Shown here: piece after piece, positions 18,858 to 26,475 of the stretch
Position numbering within the stretch: position 1 is the first letter of the stretch
Layout of the letters: every line of letters begins with the position of its first letter
NCBI GenBank assembly: GCA_021778295.1
Contig: JAJYCP010000003.1
Location: 1-47,747 of the forward strand
Direction: 5' to 3'
Length of the DNA: 47,747 bases
DNA from: a bacterium
Lineage (GTDB): Bacteria; Patescibacteriota; Minisyncoccia; Phycocordibacterales; Phycocordibacteraceae
Notes under the pieces: generated by a model
Told to the model about the DNA's origin: nothing
What the model saw: only the letters and a program-made list of their open reading frames with translations
The model's database searches: none
Translations under genes and position numbers: made by a program

Positions 18858-19091
18858 CTATCGGTAGTGAATGAATTTGAGCCGGCGGAACATTTTATCG
18901 CCGATTCGAATGAGCTTGTTTTGTTTTCTGCGCCAGCGTGACTGTTTTGCAGATGCGCGCTGTGCTTCTTTATAACGGTTCGCTTTCAGCTTCTCTATCT
19001 TTTTCTTGTCCCGCCGCGGTGCCCACGGCCTCGCTCTCTCTTCCCTGTTGCTGGGACGGGTACGGTTTACTTTCAAGCTTCTGAAGCACAT
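18858..19091 (-). CDS. small, very basic hypothetical protein (77 aa)
   Basis: GGGAG 7 nt upstream of ATG 19091 (MCFRSLKVNR..). Lys/Arg-rich. I recognise no family. Confidence 0.35.
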   Translation of the reverse strand: MCFRSLKVNRTRPSNREERARPWAPRRDKKKIEKLKANRYKEAQRASAKQSRWRRKQNKLIRIGDKMFRRLKFIHYR

Positions 19092-19217
19092 TGTTTTTCT
19101 CCCGTTGGTGTGCGGCTGCACTATCCGCCAAGTATGTTAACACGACAGAAACTGTCTCATCAACCGGTCGGTTTCAACGCATCGCCGCATGCTTTCGCAT
19201 ACGGCTCCTTTGTTTTG

Positions 19218-19301
19218 TGCCCAGGAGAGGACTCGAACCTCCAATCCCTTGCGAGAGCTACCACCTCAAGGTAGTGCGTCTACCAATTTCGCCACCTGGG
19301 C
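19218..19301 (-). tRNA. tRNA-Leu (GAG), class II
   Basis: Reverse complement GCCCAGG TG GCG AAATTGGTAGA CGC A CTACC TTGAGGT GGTAG, a long variable arm, GGAGG TTCGAGT CCTCT CCTGGGC A. Confidence 0.85.
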
Positions 19302-19316
19302 AGATGAGACACTATA

Positions 19317-19817
19317 CTACGCCGCGACCGTTTCCGCCTCCACAGCGGGCGAAGCAGTGTTTATGCCATCCGCCTCCACCTCTGTAGCGACATCCGCGGG
19401 CGTAAGAGTTTCGTCACTTTTGAGGTGCATCATGCGGGCGCCGCGCAGCTGGCGGCGAACTTCTTTCGCGGCCTTCTCGCGGATGAAGTAGAGCTTCGCG
19501 CGACGCACGTTCGAGCGCTTCACGATCTCGATCGAGTCGATGACGGGAGAGTAAAGCGGGAAGGTCTTTTCGACACCAACGCCTGAAAGCGTCGCACGAA
19601 CAGTGAACGAGGCGCCCGCCTCGGCACCATGTTTGATTGCAAGCACAAGTCCTTCAAAAACCTGTTTACGGGCATTTTTAATGGTCTTTTCCTTTTTATC
19701 CGTACCGCGCCCTTTCTTGAGCTCTACGATATTCTGCACGACACGCACAGTATCGCCCGGGCGGATGCCAAGCTTTGCGCGGCCTTCTGTGTTGACTGGT
19801 GTGATGACCTTCTGCAT
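19317..19817 (-). CDS. rplS: ribosomal protein L19 with an acidic C-terminal tail of about 45 aa
   Basis: IRPGDTVRVVQNIVE..FEGLVLAIKH..FTVR..GVEKTFPLYSPVIDSIEIV. Confidence 0.92.
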   Translation of the reverse strand: MQKVITPVNTEGRAKLGIRPGDTVRVVQNIVELKKGRGTDKKEKTIKNARKQVFEGLVLAIKHGAEAGASFTVRATLSGVGVEKTFPLYSPVIDSIEIVKRSNVRRAKLYFIREKAAKEVRRQLRGARMMHLKSDETLTPADVATEVEADGINTASPAVEAETVAA

Positions 19818-19829
19818 GTGTCGCGCACT

Positions 19830-20531
19830 CTAGCACGCGCCCGGAAGGACGGCAAATTTTTCTATTGCGCCCGGGAAGTGCTCGAACGCGGGCATGAGGT
19901 CGTTTGGTATGGGTGCGGTGATGAGCGTATGTGCACCGTGCGGAAGAGGAAGATTGAGCGTGTATGCGTGAAGGCCGAGGCGGGAAATGCCAAGCGCTGA
20001 CGGTCGATGCGGCGCATACAGCGTATCTCCGACAACCGGGTGATGAATCGCTTTGAGATGCACGCGAATCTGATGCGTTCTGCCCGTTTCCGGATTCACC
20101 TTGAGCAGCGCGTACCCGTCTGATTCCTCCACAACCTCGTAGTTTGTAACGGACTCGCGCAGGCGCCCTTTCGCTTTTGGCTGAGCGCTCCGCAGGCGGA
20201 AATCCTTGCGCGACCGGCCAATGTCAAAGTCGATAACGCCTTTTTTCTCTTTTGGCACGCCGTAGACAAACGCGAGATAGGTCTTTTGCACTGCTCTATC
20301 ATGAAATGCTTTGCGCAAAAACTCGTAGGCAGGTGTGTTCTTCGCGAAGACGAGTACGCCTGACGTATCGCGGTCAAGCCGATGCACGTACCCCGCACCG
20401 TCGTGATATTTCGCTTTGAACCAGTCTTCCGCCGCCGTTGCGTTTGATTTCCCATCGGTGTGCGTCAAAAGCCCTGCGGGCTTCGCTACAGCAACGATAT
20501 CTGCGTCTTCATAGAGAATCGGCATTTCCAT
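19830..20531 (-). CDS. RluA-family pseudouridine synthase
   Basis: Catalytic motif HRLDRDTSGVLVFAK, plus GRTHQIRVHL. Confidence 0.85.
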   Translation of the reverse strand: MEMPILYEDADIVAVAKPAGLLTHTDGKSNATAAEDWFKAKYHDGAGYVHRLDRDTSGVLVFAKNTPAYEFLRKAFHDRAVQKTYLAFVYGVPKEKKGVIDFDIGRSRKDFRLRSAQPKAKGRLRESVTNYEVVEESDGYALLKVNPETGRTHQIRVHLKAIHHPVVGDTLYAPHRPSALGISRLGLHAYTLNLPLPHGAHTLITAPIPNDLMPAFEHFPGAIEKFAVLPGAC

Positions 20532-20553
20532 CTCCCCACAGTATCATTTCTCT

Positions 20554-21267
20554 TTATTTTCCGCGTCGGCGTTCACGCGCTGTAAAACTTTCAAGAATCG
20601 CGTCGAATTCCGCGCGAGAAAAATCGGGCCAAAAAGAGTCCGAAAAGAAAAACTCGCTATAGACCGATTGCCAGGGAAGGAAATTAGAAATGCGTTTTTC
20701 GCCGCCGGTACGGATAACGATATCCGGGTCTTTTGTTCCCGCACTCCAGAGCGCGGCACTAAAATCATCGGTGTTCACATTCTTTGTCCCCGACGCAAGC
20801 AGCTGATTTGTTGCGGCAAGTATTTCTGCGCGACCGCCGTAGGAGAGGGCGATGACGAGTGTTTTCCCCGAATCGACAGAGACACTTTCTTGTTCGAGTT
20901 TCCGCATGGATGCACGAAGCTTTTCGGGTAAGCGCGCGAAGTCTCCTATGAAACGTACGTGAATGCCTTCCCGAGAAAGCTCATCGAGTTCCTGCACGAG
21001 TGCCCCGCCAAACAAATCCAGAAGGTAGGCGACTTCTTCGGGAGTTCGATTCCAATTCTCCGTTGAAAACGCGTAAAGGATGATCGTGCCAACGCCGGAG
21101 CTGTGCGCAAACGCGTGACGCACGACATCTTTCGCTTTCGCAAGACCGGCGGCATGTCCTTTCATGCTAGGGAGTCCGTGCGAACGAGCCCAGCGACGAT
21201 TGCCGTCCATAATGATACCGATGCACAACGCGTTCGCTTTTGCGGTCGCCCCCACGTGCTTACTCAT
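20554..21267 (-). CDS. uppS: undecaprenyl (isoprenyl) diphosphate synthase
   Basis: IIMDGNRRWA, FSTENWNR, IRTGGEKRISNFLPWQSVYSEFFF. Confidence 0.92.
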   Translation of the reverse strand: MSKHVGATAKANALCIGIIMDGNRRWARSHGLPSMKGHAAGLAKAKDVVRHAFAHSSGVGTIILYAFSTENWNRTPEEVAYLLDLFGGALVQELDELSREGIHVRFIGDFARLPEKLRASMRKLEQESVSVDSGKTLVIALSYGGRAEILAATNQLLASGTKNVNTDDFSAALWSAGTKDPDIVIRTGGEKRISNFLPWQSVYSEFFFSDSFWPDFSRAEFDAILESFTARERRRGK

Positions 21268-21304
21268 AGGTATGCAAACCTGTGAGATACCTTTTTAGTT
21301 TCAA

Positions 21305-21323
21305 GTGCCGAGGAAGGGACTTG
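21305..21323 (-). repeat. orphan copy of the 3' end of tRNA-Leu(CAG) (19 nt, exact)
   Basis: GTGCCGAGGAAGGGACTTG occurs at 21305-21323 and again at 21480-21498, where it lies inside the tRNA. Confidence 0.75.
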
Positions 21324-21432
21324 GTCAGGAACATTTTTACTCGCCGTCGCTCATAAAAATTTCTCGACCCTGCTCGTGCGACCCGTTCTGCTGAACGGGT
21401 ACCCTGCACTCGCTTTCAAGTCCTCTCCTGCG

Positions 21433-21465
21433 CTAAAAAGCCGCCGAACGCTCATTGCGTTCGGC
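21433..21465 (-). terminator. hairpin with T-run just downstream of tRNA-Leu(CAG)
   Basis: gccgaacg-(7 nt)-cgttcggc (21443-21465), followed on the minus strand by ggcttttta. Confidence 0.5.
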
Positions 21466-21477
21466 TCGTTTATTTAT

Positions 21478-21564
21478 TGGTGCCGAGGAAGGGACTTGAA
21501 CCCTCACGAGGTTGCCCTCACTGCGACCTGAACGCAGCGCGTTTACCAATTACGCCACCTCGGC
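21478..21564 (-). tRNA. tRNA-Leu (CAG), class II, CCA encoded
   Basis: Reverse complement GCCGAGG TG GCG TAATTGGTAAA CGC G CTGCG TTCAGGT CGCAG, a variable arm, GAGGG TTCAAGT CCCTT CCTCGGC A CCA. Confidence 0.9.
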
Positions 21565-21641
21565 ATAGCCCGATTATGCGCATAGATTTTTGAATCTTCA
21601 AATTGTGTGTATACGCTATGCTAATGCTAAGCTTCCAGTGC

Positions 21642-21717
21642 GCACCCTTAGCTCAGTTGGTAGAGCAGCGCATTTACACTGCGAAGGTCGGGGGTTCGAG
21701 CCCCTCAGGGTGCACCA
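21642..21717 (+). tRNA. tRNA-Val (TAC), CCA encoded
   Basis: GCACCCT TA GCTC AGTTGGTA GAGC A GCGCA TTTACAC TGCGA AGGTC GGGGG TTCGAGC CCCTC AGGGTGC A CCA. Confidence 0.9.
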
Positions 21718-21742
21718 GTGATAACGCGTTTGCTGCGTTATC

Positions 21743-21783
21743 AATAAAAATTCTACAGGCGCGGAAAGTAATCCCGCGCCTGT
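21743..21783 (-). terminator. terminator of the 21803 gene
   Basis: acaggcgcgg-(9 nt)-ccgcgcctgt, followed on the minus strand by agaatttttatt. Confidence 0.55.
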
Positions 21784-21802
21784 AAGAATCGCCCCGCGAT
21801 TG

Positions 21803-22318
21803 CTACGGGCGCACGAGGCTGAACGTCTTTATGCCATTGCCTTTCACGTCGCCGGGCTTCTTATCGCCAATCCAGAAATAGAGCGGCATGCCGCGGTAGG
21901 TGAGCTGAGTGGTACCGTCGGCGCGCACGAGGGTCCCGAGAGTTCCTGTAAGTGCCGTGGTAACCGAGAGCGGGGTGCCGGCGGGGATGGTATACGGCGG
22001 CCAGTTTCCGACGCACACGGCGCTCGTGCAGTTGCTCTTACCGCTTGTGTCTGCGGACGAACGGTAGAGCGTCATACCGTTCGTGGCGACGAGGTAGTGT
22101 CCGAGCGTGGCGCTTGATGCGACCGTAACGAGCGATTCGCTTGCGGCAGGGGTGGTCGAGCCGGAGGTGGTCGCAGTCGGTTGACTCGACGTCGATCCTT
22201 GCGTCGAGCTTGGGGAACCGTACGTCGGGTACGAACTCTGGCCTTTCGAGAATAGATACCAGCCGCCGAGGATGACGACAAGCACGATAACGATAGTCCA
22301 CAGTGTCGATGATTTCAT
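21803..22318 (-). CDS. secreted protein of the Yx(FWY)xxD-repeat (COG4315-like) type
   Basis: TM anchor, a Ser/Thr-rich linker, then two repeats: HYLVATNGMTLY and QLTYRGMPLYFWIGDKKPGDVKG. Confidence 0.7.
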   Translation of the reverse strand: MKSSTLWTIVIVLVVILGGWYLFSKGQSSYPTYGSPSSTQGSTSSQPTATTSGSTTPAASESLVTVASSATLGHYLVATNGMTLYRSSADTSGKSNCTSAVCVGNWPPYTIPAGTPLSVTTALTGTLGTLVRADGTTQLTYRGMPLYFWIGDKKPGDVKGNGIKTFSLVRP

Positions 22319-22402
22319 AATTATTTGCTGAATAAATATTAATAAATGAGACGAACGGCTTTCTGACGCTTAACCGTAACGCTGCAAGTATAGCACTCTG
22401 TC

Positions 22403-22477
22403 TGGTGCCCCCAGCAGGAATCGAACCTACATCAACGGCTTAGAAGTCCGCTGTTCTATCCATTGAACTATGGGGGC
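22403..22477 (-). tRNA. tRNA-Arg (TCT), CCA encoded
   Basis: Reverse complement GCCCCCA TA GTTC AATGGATA GAAC A GCGGA CTTCTAA GCCGT TGAT GTAGG TTCGATT CCTGC TGGGGGC A CCA. There is one A-G mismatch at the base of the anticodon stem. Confidence 0.8.
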
Positions 22478-22512
22478 TTTCATTCCTCTACCACCTTATC
22501 TTACTCTCTCTA

Positions 22513-22815
22513 TCATTGCGATGGATCGGCATAAGTATATACACCGGTTTGGTACTTTGCTTCCTCGGCTGCGCGCGCGGTAAAAATTGCGTGGATGGCA
22601 TCCAGTGTTGAGCGACTGAATACCGGGGTCGAGCCTGTCACGGGTACGCCTATGACCCCGCCGCTTGCGACCGTATTGAAAGCCCATGCATTCCAAACAA
22701 TAATACTTGCGAAGAGTATTGCGGAGAGCGTGAGCATCGCGAGCCAATCACGCGCCGGATCAAGGCGTGCGTGCGGACGTTTCAAGAAAGACTCGATGAT
22801 GGTGGGAATACGCAT
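22513..22815 (-). CDS. small single-pass membrane protein at the end of the pilMNO run
   Basis: One TM segment (WLAMLTLSAILFASIIVW). Same strand and 9 nt downstream of the PilO-like gene. No family recognised. Confidence 0.5.
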   Translation of the reverse strand: MRIPTIIESFLKRPHARLDPARDWLAMLTLSAILFASIIVWNAWAFNTVASGGVIGVPVTGSTPVFSRSTLDAIHAIFTARAAEEAKYQTGVYTYADPSQ

Positions 22816-22824
22816 AAATAAATA

Positions 22825-23439
22825 TTACAGCGCGCGAGGGCGAATGGAACCGGCGGATGATGCGGCAGACGACGGCGTCGTTACGGGAACGGAGACGCTC
22901 GGCGCTGCATACGGCGTATTCGCGCTTGTGGAGAGCGGTACGGAGCTGACAAGCAGATTAATCGCGGCATGCCAGCTGTTCTTACCATCTTGTCCGAGTG
23001 ACAATGAGGAAATTGAGAGCGCGTACGGCAGATATTCGATCGCGCCGACGGTATTCATTACGGAATTGAATGATCCTTTGACGGTAATTGCAAATATGAA
23101 TGTCGGATGCGCGGACGTACCGCCCGAGGAAACAGAAAGAACGCTCACTGCGGCACCGTGCGCCCGTCCTTGCGACTGAAGACTGTCTATGAAAGCGACT
23201 ATGCCCGTTTCCGGAATGAAGTAGCTCCGCACGGCCGCTTCGTCGCCTGAGATCTCCGCAAGAGCTGTCCGCGCAGAGGCGATGCGACTGGCGGTGTCGG
23301 TTTTTATATTAATCTGATTTTCCAAGTCGGCTACGGCGGCACTTTTCTCCGCGATAGCGGCATACCAAATGCCATAGCCGATGAAAGAGACAGCGCAGAG
23401 AACGAGCGCACCGATAAGATGGATGAGCGGAGATTTCAT
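22825..23439 (-). CDS. PilO-like type IV pilus assembly protein
   Basis: N-terminal TM segment plus a coiled-coil region (AAVADLENQINIKTD..). Its ATG overlaps the pilN stop (ATGA). Assigned from position and architecture only. Confidence 0.5.
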   Translation of the reverse strand: MKSPLIHLIGALVLCAVSFIGYGIWYAAIAEKSAAVADLENQINIKTDTASRIASARTALAEISGDEAAVRSYFIPETGIVAFIDSLQSQGRAHGAAVSVLSVSSGGTSAHPTFIFAITVKGSFNSVMNTVGAIEYLPYALSISSLSLGQDGKNSWHAAINLLVSSVPLSTSANTPYAAPSVSVPVTTPSSAASSAGSIRPRAL

Positions 23440-24002
23440 GGCGCAAGAGTGACGCTGATGGTAAAGGCGATATTAGTATCCTTCGCGTATGCGGAAACCG
23501 GCAAGTCGGCGGCAAGCGCAAATGGCGCATTCTGCAGTGCGAGTTGGTAACTGCGCAGCGCATCGCGCGTCGTCGCAGTACCGGAAATTGAGAGAGTTCC
23601 GTGGCTTCCGGGCGCGGCCGGAGTGTAGTCAAAAGACGAGAGCGTAACGCCCGGACGAGCCGTAGCGAGTACCGCACGGATGATTGCGCTTGCGGATGGA
23701 GCATTCGCGATCGCGGTCAAAGTCGCCGCATCGGCGGAAAGTGCGGCAAGTCGGTCGGAAAGTTTTTTCTCGCTCACCGAAGCGAGTGTCGATTCGATGC
23801 TTGCAAGGTGCGCTTCTTTCGTTTGAAAACTCTTTTCGAGAAAAACATATGTCGGCAAAAGCAATAGTGCCGCGGCGACTATGAGCGTACTTGCGAGTAG
23901 TGCGGCGACAACGCCAAGCCGAAGGAAATATTCGCGATGGAACGCACGCCGGCGCTCGGGAGAAAGGAGGTTGGTAAGTTCGTTATGCATAAGGTTGTAC
24001 AT
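23436..24002 (-). CDS. pilN: PilN-like type IV pilus assembly protein
   Basis: N-terminal ..TNLLSPERRRAF motif followed by a TM segment. Lies directly after pilM. Confidence 0.65.
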   Translation of the reverse strand: MYNLMHNELTNLLSPERRRAFHREYFLRLGVVAALLASTLIVAAALLLLPTYVFLEKSFQTKEAHLASIESTLASVSEKKLSDRLAALSADAATLTAIANAPSASAIIRAVLATARPGVTLSSFDYTPAAPGSHGTLSISGTATTRDALRSYQLALQNAPFALAADLPVSAYAKDTNIAFTISVTLAP

Positions 24003-25080
24003 GATCCCTCAGCGCGAGCCCTATTGCCGTCGCATAGGCGAGCGATTCCGTGTAGTCGAGCGAGGGAATCCATACGTCACGTGAAGCAAGATTAGTGAAC
24101 ACGTCTCCGGCGACAACGGGGATTCGCAACGCTCCTTCGAGATACTCGGGAAGTCCGCGTACTGAAGCGTTGCCGCCGGCAAGAATGACATGCGATACCG
24201 GCTCATGGGTGCCATGCAGAGTCGCCTTTTCTTGCCAATAATTGAGCCGCGTGGATATCTCATCGCGAATCGCGGAAACTGTCGAAAGCATCGCGGCAAG
24301 ATAATCCTCATTCCCGGGCGCGGGGACGATGCCGCGTTCCGCTTTCACCCTGCGCGCTTCGGCTTCCGTCACGCCGAAATGTTTCTGCACCGCGAGCGTC
24401 AGCGCATGGCCTCCGATACCGATCGTCGTGGCGAAGCGTGGTATGCGCTCCGCCACGATCGCCATTTTCGTCGTTGTTTTTCCGACATCGATAATAAGCG
24501 CTGTAGACGCATCTCCTGTCGGAAGAAGCGCACGCGCCATGCTGAACGTTTCCCCTTCGAGTGCCCGCACTTTTATGCCCGACTGGTCGAACACGGAAAG
24601 CGTATCGTCAACGATGCGGCGTGCGAAACCGATACCAGCGATCCGCGTCTCGTCATGCGCCCCCTGCCCTACTCCGACGATATCAAAGGCTGTTTCTGGC
24701 GGCGGTAATGGAACGAGCTCGTCAATGTGTTGTTCAACTGCGGTACGCCACTCCGACTTCTTCGTTCCCGGGACGTTCGTCTCAAAAAGATACGATTTCG
24801 ACTCTGGAAGTGCGGCGTTGGTGGCGAAAATACCAGCTGCTTTTGTAGCGGCAGTGAGTGCTTCGACAACTGCATTGCGATCTATTATCTCGCCATCGAT
24901 AAACGCGCCTGAAGGCAACCGTGCTTCGGCATAGCTCGCCAAAATGAGACCTCGTACGCTCTCTGCGAGACGTACCGTCTTGACGCCGCTCGTTGATACA
25001 TCGATACCGGAAAGTGGAAGAGCGAGATACTGCGGCGGCGCAAAAGATGCGCGCAAGCGTTCACCGAAAGCGAAAGACAT
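23983..25080 (-). CDS. pilM: type IV pilus assembly protein PilM (actin-like ATPase fold)
   Basis: GIDVSTSGVKTVRL, LIIDVGKTTTKMAIV, VILAGGNASVRGLPEYL. TATACT lies 6 nt upstream of the ATG. Confidence 0.85.
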   Translation of the reverse strand: MSFAFGERLRASFAPPQYLALPLSGIDVSTSGVKTVRLAESVRGLILASYAEARLPSGAFIDGEIIDRNAVVEALTAATKAAGIFATNAALPESKSYLFETNVPGTKKSEWRTAVEQHIDELVPLPPPETAFDIVGVGQGAHDETRIAGIGFARRIVDDTLSVFDQSGIKVRALEGETFSMARALLPTGDASTALIIDVGKTTTKMAIVAERIPRFATTIGIGGHALTLAVQKHFGVTEAEARRVKAERGIVPAPGNEDYLAAMLSTVSAIRDEISTRLNYWQEKATLHGTHEPVSHVILAGGNASVRGLPEYLEGALRIPVVAGDVFTNLASRDVWIPSLDYTESLAYATAIGLALRDHVQPYA

Positions 25081-25118
25081 GTGTAGAGTATACCGTGTCG
25101 ATAAAGATGCGGCGTATT

Positions 25119-25460
25119 TTAGTGTGTACGGGTGCCAGGGGGCACGTCCCGGTCTGGTATCAGGAATGCGAACGACTCATCAGATCCCACGGCGAAAAGC
25201 ATGCCATCGCTCTCAAGGCCGCGTATCGTGCGCGGCTCAAGGTTCGTCACGAAAGCGAGTTGGCGTCCGCAGAGCGATTCGGGCTCCGCTACGTATGCGG
25301 CAATGCCAGAAATGATTTGGCGCGGGTTACGTTCCTCATTGAAATCGACTGTGAGCCGCACGAGCTTATCGGTTTCGGGTACGCGCTCGGCGCTTCGTAC
25401 GGTACCGATTTTTATTTCTATTTTATTCAGTTCGTCGATCGTTATGCGCGGTTTATCCAT
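25119..25460 (-). CDS. stand-alone tRNA-binding (CsaA/EMAP-like OB-fold) protein
   Basis: Trimmed to MDKPRITIDELNKIEIKIGTVRSAERVPETDKLVRLTVDF..AFVTNLEPRTIRGLESDGMLFA. The upstream part of ORF 25119..25679 overlaps ruvX in another frame. Confidence 0.8.
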   Translation of the reverse strand: MDKPRITIDELNKIEIKIGTVRSAERVPETDKLVRLTVDFNEERNPRQIISGIAAYVAEPESLCGRQLAFVTNLEPRTIRGLESDGMLFAVGSDESFAFLIPDRDVPPGTRTH

Positions 25461-25866
25461 GGCTCGTGTGTGAAAGATAGCTGGTAAGGATGAGTGCGGC
25501 GGCAGAAGCGTCAACTGCCTTACGCAAACGCGGCGCGCGCGATTTTTTGGCGCGGACGGGCGTGCGGCGCGCTTGGGCACTGGTAAAGATCTCTGACTCG
25601 AAAAAAACCGGTATGCCTGCCCGCTCGACAATCTGATCGCCGATCGACCGGGCATCCTTCGCAATCGGATTCTCGCCACCCATGAGCGTACGCGATTCTC
25701 CGATGACCGCCGCGCCGATGTGTTCTTTTTTTATAAGCGTACACAGTTCCTCAAGAATCCTCGGGGTGTTCGCAATGACAGCATGAGGAAAACCCATAGT
25801 CCCCGCATCGTCAGAGAGCGCGAGACCTATCTTGCTGCTTCCATAATCCACGCCAAGATACCGCAT
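25453..25866 (-). CDS. ruvX: YqgF/RuvX putative Holliday-junction resolvase / pre-16S RNase
   Basis: MRYLGVDYGSSKIGLALSD..AVIGESRTLMG..DERFTS-like ESEIFTSAQA. Confidence 0.88.
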   Translation of the reverse strand: MRYLGVDYGSSKIGLALSDDAGTMGFPHAVIANTPRILEELCTLIKKEHIGAAVIGESRTLMGGENPIAKDARSIGDQIVERAGIPVFFESEIFTSAQARRTPVRAKKSRAPRLRKAVDASAAALILTSYLSHTSHG

Positions 25867-25877
25867 GAGGAAAGTGT

Positions 25878-26171
25878 ATGGTATACTGGGCGCATATGCA
25901 CGCGTTCACCCCATTCTACTCTCCCTACATGTCAGGATTCGCGAGTTTATTCATCCCGTTCCTTTTCGCGATAACGCTCTGGACTATTGTTTTGAAGGGT
26001 TTTGCGCTCTGGTATGCCGCGCGCGGTAGCCAGAAAGGATGGTTTATCGCACTACTCATCGTTAACACGCTCGGCATCCTTGAAATCATCTATCTTATTT
26101 GGTTCCGTCCGAAAAATCAGCACGCTACGCATGACGATGTGCCGGTGCACATATCATCATCGGCGCAGTAG
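25878..26171 (+). CDS. small two-TM membrane protein (DUF5652-like)
   Basis: WTIVLKGFALWYAARGSQKGWFIALLIVNTLGILEIIYLIWF. ATG 25878 has a GAGGAAAG SD. An alternative leaderless start is ATG 25896. Confidence 0.6.
   Translation: MVYWAHMHAFTPFYSPYMSGFASLFIPFLFAITLWTIVLKGFALWYAARGSQKGWFIALLIVNTLGILEIIYLIWFRPKNQHATHDDVPVHISSSAQ
25879..25887 (+). promoter_or_regulatory. extended -10 box TGgTATACT, 8 nt upstream of ATG 25896
   Basis: TGG TATACT GGGCGCAT ATG. Confidence 0.35.
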
Positions 26172-26316
26172 CTAGACGCTTAGTGCGCGGTTACCGGACG
26201 AGCGGAACCCCTATCCAAGCACATGCCAATACAAAAATGACATGGGTAACTTGGAGTTATTGTGCCCAAACTGCCACGCAGAAGAACACTACCTAAAGAG
26301 TAGTTGGATCAGATAC

Positions 26317-26399
26317 GGAAGGGTCGGATAATGGTTATTCCACCAGTCTTGAAAACTGGAGACCGCAAGGTCATGTGGGTTCGAGTCCCACCCCTTCCG
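26317..26399 (+). tRNA. tRNA-Ser (TGA), class II
   Basis: GGAAGGG TC GGA TAATGGTTAT TCC A CCAGT CTTGAAA ACTGG A GACC GCAA GGTC AT GTGGG TTCGAGT CCCAC CCCTTCC G. Confidence 0.85.
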
Positions 26400-26431
26400 C
26401 TGGTTGAGAAAGAGACTGCGTACATAAACGA

Positions 26432-26472
26432 AAAGGAGCTCCGAATTAAAATTCGGAGCTCCTTTGGTTTTT
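26432..26472. terminator. bidirectional terminator (tRNA-Ser / beta-barrel gene)
   Basis: 15-bp stem aaaggagctccgaat / attcggagctccttt with a 4-nt loop, flanked by an A-run and a T-run. Confidence 0.7.
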
Positions 26473-26475
26473 GAG

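Noticed and set aside
18858-19091. Calling the small basic ORF ribosomal protein S21.
   Set aside because: Only the general Lys/Arg richness and the ..KLIRIG.. tail are reminiscent. The conserved ALRRFKR-type core is absent.
25461-25679. Upstream extension of the CsaA-like ORF (Arg/Ser/Pro-rich).
   Set aside because: It overlaps ruvX in another frame. The OB-fold domain starts at MDKPRI (ATG 25460).
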